Part shown: positions 56,722 through 64,000 of the stretch, piece after piece
How positions within the stretch are numbered: the stretch's first letter is position 1
Layout: every line of letters begins with the position of its first letter
Virus record (IMG/VR): IMGVR_UViG_3300034520_000200
Location: 22,066-86,065 of that record
Direction: 5' to 3' (one strand)
Length of the DNA stretch: 64,000 nt
Source: a virus
Notes under the pieces: model-generated
Told to the model about the DNA's origin: nothing
The model's input: only the letters and a program-made list of their open reading frames with translations
The model's database searches: none
Program-made: the position numbers and the translations under genes

Positions 56722-57648
56722 ATGCCAAAAAATAATCCAATCACAAAAGAGACCCTTGCTAAAGGAATTGAAGCGTTGGGTATTAAGGGAAAGTTCAAAA
56801 CAGCACAACAAATGGAAGAAGCTATTGACAAGTTTTTGAAAGAAGGTGAACAAGATTTAGAGTATGAATGTGGTCTTTGTGGTAAATCAATACCTGATTT
56901 AGAGACTTGTCCGTATTGTGGTTCAAATCTCGAAGGTGAAGACGAAGAAGATGAAGAAACTGTTGAAGATGTAGAAGATACTGAAGCTGAAGAGGAAGAA
57001 GAAACTGAAGAGGAAGAAGAAACTGAAGAGGAAGAAGAAACTGAAGAGGAAGAAGAAACTGAAGAGGAAGAAGCAGACGAAGAAGACGAAGCTGATTCCG
57101 AAGATGAAGTTGAAGAGGATGAAGAAGAAAAACCCAAAGGAAAGTCTAAGGCGAATAACAAAACAAATGGTAAAACTGAAAAAGATAATAAAGTTGATAA
57201 AAGCAGCAAAGCTGGCAAAGAGAAACGACAATCTAAACCAAAGGTTGATGTGAATAGTATTATAGATGTAGTGGAAAAAGCATTAGGAAAAGGTTGGGAT
57301 AAGAATGAACGTACTACAGGTGTTGTATTTACGAAAAATAATTCGAGATTTTGTAAGGTAACTTCGACTGGTAATGTTGAAATAAATGTACCTGTTAGTA
57401 GCAAGGATATTGATGGTTTACAAACATTTACGCCTGAAGAAGCTAAGTCTAAACATTTGGGAGCTTGTAGAGCTATATATGCTGGTGGAGATTTAAAGAT
57501 TATTGAAAAACTTATAAAAGAAGCTTCTAAAAATTTTGATCCTGAAAAAGCTCCTAAGCCAGTAGGTTTTAAATCTGCTGGAAAGTCAGGAGATGGAAAA
57601 AGTGATGAAAAATCTAAAGTAAAACAAAAAGGTAAAGGTAAAAAATAA
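56722..57648 (+). CDS. zinc-ribbon / acidic-repeat / basic multidomain protein
   Basis: CGLC...CPYCG, (EEEEET)n tract, Lys-rich linker, domain shared with 2035..2400; own promoter, SD and terminator. Confidence 0.85.
   Translation: MPKNNPITKETLAKGIEALGIKGKFKTAQQMEEAIDKFLKEGEQDLEYECGLCGKSIPDLETCPYCGSNLEGEDEEDEETVEDVEDTEAEEEEETEEEEETEEEEETEEEEETEEEEADEEDEADSEDEVEEDEEEKPKGKSKANNKTNGKTEKDNKVDKSSKAGKEKRQSKPKVDVNSIIDVVEKALGKGWDKNERTTGVVFTKNNSRFCKVTSTGNVEINVPVSSKDIDGLQTFTPEEAKSKHLGACRAIYAGGDLKIIEKLIKEASKNFDPEKAPKPVGFKSAGKSGDGKSDEKSKVKQKGKGKK
56989..57073 (+). repeat. 18-bp tandem repeat GAAGAGGAAGAAGAAACT x4.7
   Basis: Exact copies at 56989, 57007, 57025, 57043, partial at 57061. Confidence 0.95.
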
Positions 57649-57688
57649 AATATAAATGTAAAATCACTTTTTCACTCTCCTGTTTAAA

Positions 57689-57719
57689 TAAAGACAGGCA
57701 ATTTAATTGCCTGTCTTTT
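57689..57719. terminator. intrinsic terminator
   Basis: aaagacaggcaa / ttgcctgtcttt. Confidence 0.8.
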
Positions 57720-57774
57720 AGTTTTTATAAATTGAATATTATTGATATAATTTTATTTGCGAGGTGATATAAAT

Positions 57775-58722
57775 ATGAAAATTATAATTGGTGGTGGAAT
57801 ATCTGGATTAATTTTCAAATTTTATAATCCAGAATATAAAATAGTTTCTAGTAATGTTGGAGGGCAAATGACAAATAAAATTCCTTTGGGACCGAGAATT
57901 TTACAAGTAAATGAGTGGAATGAAAGATTATTAAAAGATTTGGGAATCGAATGCAATATAAAGAAAGCTAGAATAGGTTATTTTTTTAAAGGTAAATTAC
58001 ATGATTTTTGTCCAGATGAATATAGAATTTTATATTATATGAAGTCTAGATGTTTAGCAAATATAAATGAAATTCCTGAATCTGTAATGTCGGAAGGTAA
58101 AAATGAAATTCTATATTATGATGTAAATTTTAAAGATATTATACAAAAGATTTTATCAAATATAAAAATATGTCATTTAACTGTTAAACAAATAAAACAT
58201 GATGTAATTTCATTCTTTGATGTTTCAACTAGGATTAAATATGAACATATAGTTTCGACTATACCTGCTCCAACATTCTGTATGATATATGGTAATGATA
58301 TAAAAGAAGTCAAAAAATATATTGATATAAGAAGACAATTGAGATTTTTAAATAAACAATTTGTATTAGTAGATAAGAAATATGTTGCTGAAGAACTAGG
58401 TGATTTTGATTATGTATATTTTCCAGAAAACAAACAACCTTATAATAGAATTACTAAAGTAAATGATCAATTAGCTGTTGTTGAATTTACAAATGTGAAA
58501 AAAAATAAGGCTCCAATTTTTAGTGATATAAAAGGTTATGAATATATTGATATTGGTCAGATACAGGGAGGTGTTATTCAAGAACCAGATAAAATAATGT
58601 TTCTTGGTAGATATGCTGAATGGAATCATAAAATCAAAACACAAGATATAGTAAAAAAATCAATTGAATTTAGGAATAATAAAGGGGATGAAAATAATGA
58701 TAACAGAAGACAGATGGAATAG
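57775..58722 (+). CDS. FAD-dependent oxidoreductase (UDP-galactopyranose mutase/protoporphyrinogen oxidase-like fold)
   Basis: IIGGGISGL Rossmann motif, GG, GPR, IVSTIP, LGRYAEW (ORF track start 57757). Confidence 0.8.
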   Translation: MKIIIGGGISGLIFKFYNPEYKIVSSNVGGQMTNKIPLGPRILQVNEWNERLLKDLGIECNIKKARIGYFFKGKLHDFCPDEYRILYYMKSRCLANINEIPESVMSEGKNEILYYDVNFKDIIQKILSNIKICHLTVKQIKHDVISFFDVSTRIKYEHIVSTIPAPTFCMIYGNDIKEVKKYIDIRRQLRFLNKQFVLVDKKYVAEELGDFDYVYFPENKQPYNRITKVNDQLAVVEFTNVKKNKAPIFSDIKGYEYIDIGQIQGGVIQEPDKIMFLGRYAEWNHKIKTQDIVKKSIEFRNNKGDENNDNRRQME

Positions 58723-59653
58723 ACAGCTTGAATTTAATCAAAAATTTTTTAAAGATTATTTAAACAAAAGTATGACAAGTTTAGATATTAATGAAAAACA
58801 AGAATGGACTCAAAAGTTTTTATTACATTTAGTAAAAGAATTATCTGAAGTATTAGATGAAATAAATTTCAAAATGCATAGAGTAGAAAATAAAGAAATT
58901 ATACTTTCAAATATATTAGAAGAAATAACAGACATTCAAAAGTTTACATTAGGATTATATCAATTATGGGGATTTACTTATGAAGATTATTTAAAAGCAT
59001 TTGATATGAAAACTGCTGTAGTTGAACAAAGATATAAACAAGAACATGAATTAGATCTTTTAAGTAAAAATAAGTTAATATGTGGTATTGATTTAGATGG
59101 AGTTATTTTTGATTATCCGAGGTGTTTTCTTGACTGGGCGATTAAAAATTTCAGTTTACCTTTACCATATTATAAAAATTTAAAACAATTGAAATCTAGT
59201 GTCGGACTTGAAACTTATGAAAAAATCAAAGATGCATATAGACAATCAGGTTATAAAGCACAATTACCTATAAAAAAGAATGTTGATGAATTTATAAAGT
59301 TTTTAAAGTTAAATGGTTATCAAGTTATTGGTTTGACTTCAAGACCTTATGAAAAATATTCAAGAATTTATTCAGATACTTTGAAATGTCTTAAAAGTCA
59401 CAATATAGAATTAGATGCTATTTTTTGGAGTAAAGAGAAATGTTTAAAAATCATCAAAACATGTCCTAACATTAAATTTTTTATTGATGATGATTTGAAT
59501 CAAGTTAATTCAATTGCTGAACAAGGTTATGAAGTATTTTGGTTATATAACCCGGATGAATATGATAGTATTAATGATCTTTATATTCATAATAATGTAA
59601 AAGTTGTATATGATTTTGACGAAATTATTTCGTATATATATAAAAATATTTAA
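58697..59653 (+). CDS. fusion of all-alpha dUTPase/MazG-like NTP pyrophosphatase and HAD 5'(3')-deoxyribonucleotidase-like domain
   Basis: KELSEVLDE...EEITD; GIDLDGV, LTSRP, K, FFIDD (ORF track start 58664). Confidence 0.8.
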   Translation: MITEDRWNRQLEFNQKFFKDYLNKSMTSLDINEKQEWTQKFLLHLVKELSEVLDEINFKMHRVENKEIILSNILEEITDIQKFTLGLYQLWGFTYEDYLKAFDMKTAVVEQRYKQEHELDLLSKNKLICGIDLDGVIFDYPRCFLDWAIKNFSLPLPYYKNLKQLKSSVGLETYEKIKDAYRQSGYKAQLPIKKNVDEFIKFLKLNGYQVIGLTSRPYEKYSRIYSDTLKCLKSHNIELDAIFWSKEKCLKIIKTCPNIKFFIDDDLNQVNSIAEQGYEVFWLYNPDEYDSINDLYIHNNVKVVYDFDEIISYIYKNI

Positions 59654-59707
59654 GGGTTATAAAAAGTCTGTCTAACATGGTTTTAGAAAGGTAGGATTTT
59701 TAAATAA

Positions 59708-60295
59708 ATGGCAAAAATAATTAAAAATCCAAAATTGAGTCTTCTGTATGCAAAAATGTATAGATGTAAGAAATGTAAAGATCTTATTAAAATGAGTTGT
59801 AATATTTATGATGGTAAAAGTAATGGACCTTTAAGAGGTGGTGGAGATAGTATAAATTGTAAGGTAATGTTTGTTGGACAAAATCCTTCTTATAGAAGAT
59901 TTGAAAATACAAATTGTGCATTTTCTGGTGGGTTTGGTGATGATTTTAGAAAGTTATTAGATGAAGTCGGTATTAAAGAACATATTTTTATAACAAATAT
60001 AGTTAAATGTAGTACATTAAATAATTCAAAGCCTGATTTAAACATTATAAATAATTGCGAAGAATATCTGCTAAGTGAGTTAGAAATAATAAAACCTGAA
60101 ATAATTGTACCTATGGGACAATGTTCAGTTAGTTATTTTAATGGAACTATTGGCAAATTAACTAACTTTAAAAATTATAAAGTATTTTCAATATATCATC
60201 CTAATTTTATTTTATCGTATAAAAGAAATAAACTTAAAGATTATATTTTTATGCTAAAGAAAATTTATAAAATAGCTTATGAAGAAAAAAGTTGA
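59708..60295 (+). CDS. uracil-DNA glycosylase superfamily, family 4-like
   Basis: CKKC, VMFVGQNP, F.G..G, ITNIVKC, C..YL..EL..IKP, YHP. Confidence 0.88.
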   Translation: MAKIIKNPKLSLLYAKMYRCKKCKDLIKMSCNIYDGKSNGPLRGGGDSINCKVMFVGQNPSYRRFENTNCAFSGGFGDDFRKLLDEVGIKEHIFITNIVKCSTLNNSKPDLNIINNCEEYLLSELEIIKPEIIVPMGQCSVSYFNGTIGKLTNFKNYKVFSIYHPNFILSYKRNKLKDYIFMLKKIYKIAYEEKS

Positions 60296-60356
60296 TATTT
60301 TATATTTAAAAATTGATAAATAGATGTTATAATTATTAAAAAAAGGAGGTATAAAA

Positions 60357-61610
60357 ATGGTTAAAGATGATTTAATAAAAGAAGCTTTTAATGCTTTAGA
60401 AGAACTAGGAAAAACAAACAGTACTAAAGTGAAAGCTGAAATTTTAAGGTCATATAAATCTAATGAATATTTAAAACAAATGCTAAAATTATCTTTGGAT
60501 CCGTACTTAACATTTGGAATTAAGAAATTACCAGAATGTACAGTAAAAAGTAGTAAAATATCAGCGAAAAAGTTTGATGAATTATCTGATATGTTGACAA
60601 GGTTAGCTAATAGGGAATTAACAGGTAATGCTGCTAGAAATGCTGTTGAAAAGTTTTTATCAAATTGTAGTGCAGAAGAATATTATTGGTACAGTCAAGT
60701 AATTTCAAAAGATTTAAATGTCGGAATTGGAGATAAAACAGTAAATAAGGTATTTAAAGATTTAATTCCACAGTTTAATGTAGCATTAGCAGAACCATTT
60801 AAAAAAGCTGTATCAATTCCATCAAAAGTTATTATAGAAGATAAAATAGATGGTATAAGATGCATAGCAGTAAAATATTCAAGAGATGATATTATATTAT
60901 ATTCAAGGAACGGAAAAGAACTTTTTGGATTTGATTATCTAATTGAAGAAATTAAGAAGATACCTGAAGATGAAATAGTTTTAGATGGTGAATTAATATC
61001 TGGTAAAAATTTCAATGATACATCGGCAGCAAGAGGAAAAAAAGTTAGAGGTAAAGAAGCTATATATAATATATTTGATATGATTGATGTAACATCATTT
61101 AAAGAAGGAATTGATGAAACTCCAATTTTAAAGCGTAAGAAAAATCTTATTAAAACTGTTAAAGAAACAGATATATTAAAGATAGTTAAATTTTCAGATC
61201 CTATTGATCCAGAAGATAAAAAGAAATTAGATTTTTATTTTGAAGATGCATTATCTCGAGGATTTGAAGGGATAATGCTCAAAGGTTATGATTCTGAATA
61301 TGAATGTAAAAGAACAAATAAATGGTTGAAGTTAAAACCAGAAGAAACATATGATGGTAAAGTTAAAGGATTCCAAGAAGGTACTGGTATGTTTGAAGGA
61401 ACATTAGGTGCAATTTTGGTAGAATTTAAAGGAAATATAGTAAAAGTTGGAAGTGGTTTTTCAGTTGAGCAAAGAAATGAAATTTGGAAAAATAGGAAAA
61501 AATATCTTAATAAAACAATAGAATTTAAAGGTCAAGAAGTAACTGAAAATAAGAGGGGTACACATTCTGTAAGATTTCCAGTATTTGTAAGATTTAGGGA
61601 GGATAAATAA
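60357..61610 (+). CDS. ATP-dependent DNA ligase
   Basis: KIDGIR, SRNGK, LDGE, IFD, EGIMLK, WLKLK, VGSG, RFP.F.R.R.DK. Confidence 0.93.
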   Translation: MVKDDLIKEAFNALEELGKTNSTKVKAEILRSYKSNEYLKQMLKLSLDPYLTFGIKKLPECTVKSSKISAKKFDELSDMLTRLANRELTGNAARNAVEKFLSNCSAEEYYWYSQVISKDLNVGIGDKTVNKVFKDLIPQFNVALAEPFKKAVSIPSKVIIEDKIDGIRCIAVKYSRDDIILYSRNGKELFGFDYLIEEIKKIPEDEIVLDGELISGKNFNDTSAARGKKVRGKEAIYNIFDMIDVTSFKEGIDETPILKRKKNLIKTVKETDILKIVKFSDPIDPEDKKKLDFYFEDALSRGFEGIMLKGYDSEYECKRTNKWLKLKPEETYDGKVKGFQEGTGMFEGTLGAILVEFKGNIVKVGSGFSVEQRNEIWKNRKKYLNKTIEFKGQEVTENKRGTHSVRFPVFVRFREDK

Positions 61611-62057
61611 ATGGCTTTATTGATATTTGAAGGATTAGATAAGACTGGAAAAACAACTTTAAAAAATGAAGTTTTAAAAGTTACAAATAAACATATATGT
61701 TGGGATAGAGGTCCCGCTTCACAATGGGTTTATGGACAGTTATATAATAAACCTGATACTCCTGATATAAATGAATTATATAAACTTGAAAAATCAATTA
61801 GTAATGCTTATCCTGTATTTTACGTCTATACTTATTCACGTTTAAGTGATATTAAAGATAGAATGAAATTATGTAATGAATCTCAATTTCTAATTGATAA
61901 AATTTATGAAACACTTGATTATTATTTAACTTATTTTATGTATTCTCCAATACCGAAAATTTATGTTTTTACTGGTTTTCCTATAGATAAATGTGTAAGT
62001 AAAATTTTAGAGGAGGTTAGTTTTAATGAAACGTGTAAAAAAACCAACCTCAATTAG
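61611..62057 (+). CDS. second dNMP kinase (thymidylate kinase-like, short)
   Basis: IFEGLDKTGKTT, DRGP.S..VYG. Confidence 0.82.
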   Translation: MALLIFEGLDKTGKTTLKNEVLKVTNKHICWDRGPASQWVYGQLYNKPDTPDINELYKLEKSISNAYPVFYVYTYSRLSDIKDRMKLCNESQFLIDKIYETLDYYLTYFMYSPIPKIYVFTGFPIDKCVSKILEEVSFNETCKKTNLN

Positions 62058-63075
62058 GTTAGGTAAGACATATATAAGAACAAATGGATTAGGTTTGGGT
62101 TGTTGTTTCGATAATCCTAAAGATGATCCTGAAGAAATAATTAAAGTAGCATATGAAATGGGAGTAAGATATTTTGATACTGCTCCTGTGTATAAAAGTG
62201 AAGTTTATATCGGAAATTTGATAAAAAACAATGTTATAGATAGATCTAAAATTTATATTTCTACAAAAACAAAAGATATTTCTGTTGATGGGATTAATAA
62301 AAGTATTTCTGAAAGTTGTAGACAATTGAATACTGATTATATTGATATTTTATGGTTGCATTCAGGAATTGATTCTTCAGTACAGTATAAGATGTTTAAA
62401 GATAATGTTTTATATTTAAAGGATTTATTAAATGTAAAATATATAGGAATTTCTGGCCATGATTATAAAGCTGCTGAAGCTGCAATTAAGGATAACCTTG
62501 TAGACGCTATTATGGTACCACATAATATTTTATACAGAGATTTTGAAGATCTTATAAAAGTTGCAAAATTCAATTCAATTGGTGTTGTTACTTTCAAAAA
62601 TTTTGCAAGTGGAATTTTAATCGGCGGACCTGAAAATAGATTTGGTGTAGAAATGATAAAAGATTTAATGAATTTTGAAATTATGAATGATTTTTCTGAT
62701 ATAATTATTCCTTCAGTAAGATCAGTAGAACAATTGAGACAGATTGTAAAATTATTTAAAGAAGAAGATGATGGTACAGATTATGATTTACTTGAAAGAT
62801 ATTTGAAAATGAAATTGGGTAAAGTTTGTGTTAGTTGTCATAAATGTAGACCGTGTGAAAAATTTGGATGGGAAATGAGTCAACCGAGAATATTAAAATT
62901 ATTGACATATTATACAAGGTTCCATTTGAAAGAAGCTAAAGAAGAATATAAAAAAATAAAATTGAATATAAAAGACTGTGCTGATGCTGGATGTTATAAT
63001 TGTTTTAACGAATGTCCGCAATTTATTGATATAGTTCAGTGGATGTATAATGCAAATACTTTAATGGGTGAATAA
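62026..63075 (+). CDS. aldo/keto reductase with C-terminal 4Fe-4S cluster motifs
   Basis: LGLG, G.RYFDTAP.Y..E, ISTK, L.TDYID...LH, IGISGH; CVSCHKCRPC and C...C..C...CP. Confidence 0.88.
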   Translation: MKRVKKPTSIRLGKTYIRTNGLGLGCCFDNPKDDPEEIIKVAYEMGVRYFDTAPVYKSEVYIGNLIKNNVIDRSKIYISTKTKDISVDGINKSISESCRQLNTDYIDILWLHSGIDSSVQYKMFKDNVLYLKDLLNVKYIGISGHDYKAAEAAIKDNLVDAIMVPHNILYRDFEDLIKVAKFNSIGVVTFKNFASGILIGGPENRFGVEMIKDLMNFEIMNDFSDIIIPSVRSVEQLRQIVKLFKEEDDGTDYDLLERYLKMKLGKVCVSCHKCRPCEKFGWEMSQPRILKLLTYYTRFHLKEAKEEYKKIKLNIKDCADAGCYNCFNECPQFIDIVQWMYNANTLMGE

Positions 63076-63259
63076 AATGAAAAAATTAAGAATGATAATT
63101 AAACAATTATTTTTAATACTTGATGGGATTTTCAAATTACTTATTACACTTTTAATTGTAGGTATAAGATTTATTTTACAATTAATTATTTTTGTTGTTG
63201 TTTGCTGTATTTATTTTGTTATAATTTTGTATAGGAAAATCAAAATATATTTAAGGTAG
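63068..63259 (+). CDS. small hydrophobic membrane protein
   Basis: ORF track; long hydrophobic stretch with basic ends. Confidence 0.55.
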   Translation: MNKMKKLRMIIKQLFLILDGIFKLLITLLIVGIRFILQLIIFVVVCCIYFVIILYRKIKIYLR

Positions 63260-63268
63260 GGGTGAATT

Positions 63269-63577
63269 GTGGTTGAATATCAAACAATAGGTTTTATTCA
63301 GTCAGTATCATATGAAATTCTAGAATTTTCAAATTGTGATGTAGAAAGAATGATAAGATATAATTTTGCTAAAAAAATAGCTGAACTTATAGTTGAAGAT
63401 ATTGATAAATTACCAGTTAAAAAAGTTGTAATGGATGATTCATCAAGAATGTATAAAAATTATTCTCTTGAAATAACATTAATAAATAAAGAACGTCTTG
63501 AAGAACTTTTAAAAAAAGAACAGGAACTTGAACAAATTAAATCAGATTTAAATACTACAAAAGAAGAGTATTATTAA
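63269..63577 (+). CDS. hypothetical protein
   Basis: ORF track; GGGGTG SD. Confidence 0.65.
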   Translation: MVEYQTIGFIQSVSYEILEFSNCDVERMIRYNFAKKIAELIVEDIDKLPVKKVVMDDSSRMYKNYSLEITLINKERLEELLKKEQELEQIKSDLNTTKEEYY

Positions 63578-63593
63578 AAAGGGAGAGTAGAAT

Positions 63594-64000
63594 ATGGATG
63601 TAGTATTAAGTAAGTCCATAAATAAGATAGTTCCATATATTAAAGCTATAAAACATAATGGTTTGAATGCTCCAATAAGTCTTCATATTTTATTAACAGA
63701 TCATTGTGTTAATAAATGTAATATGTGTAGTCATTGGAAAACTCAAGATAAATCTGAATTAGATTTTGAAGTTATTAAAAAAATTTGGCAAGAGTCAAAT
63801 GATTATGGAGTAGAATCTATTTGTTTAACAGGTGGAGACCCAGTATTATATTCAAGGTTTGAAGATTTGTTAAAGTTAAAAAGAAGTTTTAAACTTGGGA
63901 TAATAACTTCAGGAAATTTCAAAAAAGGATTTGATTACAGTTTAATATCTGATCTTGATTTTATAAGATTCTCGTTAGATTCATTAGATAGTGAAAAATA
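63594..64000 (+). CDS. radical SAM protein, 3' end beyond window (not in ORF track)
   Basis: Translated by hand: P.SLHILLTDHCVNKCNMC (CxxxCxxC) and ICLTGGDP; GGGAG SD. Confidence 0.88.
   Translation, partial: MDVVLSKSINKIVPYIKAIKHNGLNAPISLHILLTDHCVNKCNMCSHWKTQDKSELDFEVIKKIWQESNDYGVESICLTGGDPVLYSRFEDLLKLKRSFKLGIITSGNFKKGFDYSLISDLDFIRFSLDSLDSEK

Noticed and set aside
56703-57404. Minus-strand Ser-rich (233 aa) and Phe-rich (56923-57231) ORFs
   Set aside because: Shadows of the GAA-rich acidic repeat gene on the plus strand
1-64000. tRNA genes, group I introns, inteins, IS elements, integrase
   Set aside because: No cloverleaf/T-loop signature in the gaps inspected, core genes are normal length, no transposase or recombinase motifs; visual inspection only

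Overview
A 64-kb, very AT-rich segment of a large contractile-tailed (myovirus-type) phage of a spore-forming Firmicute, probably a clostridium. The host call is inferred from a SpoIIID homolog, Bacillota-type Shine-Dalgarno sequences and an SLH-like amidase tail. Layout: (1) 1-2400, a minus-strand array of small early-type genes built from repeated promoter/RBS/hairpin cassettes; (2) a divergent repeat-rich gap at 2400-2870; (3) SpoIIID, Ser/Thr phosphatase, putative TerS, dTMP kinase, TerL, portal, protease-scaffold, capsid, neck, sheath/tube, tape measure, baseplate and fibres; (4) a lysis cassette containing a papain-like protease; (5) replication genes (SF2 helicase, frameshifted initiator-like gene, DnaC-like loader, ThyX, DnaB, DnaG); (6) TubR/TubZ facing a four-gene minimal conjugation-like operon (pilin-like, VirB6-like, VirD4-like ATPase, replication-relaxation protein); (7) a sigma factor with an inserted C2H2 zinc finger, and an acidic-repeat protein; (8) a nucleotide-metabolism/possible DNA-modification cluster that runs off the right edge in a radical SAM gene. 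No integrase, tRNA, CRISPR array or reverse transcriptase was seen. All family calls come from motif recognition by eye; no database search was run. The most promising candidate for a new system is the TubZ + mini-T4SS + SpoIIID combination.
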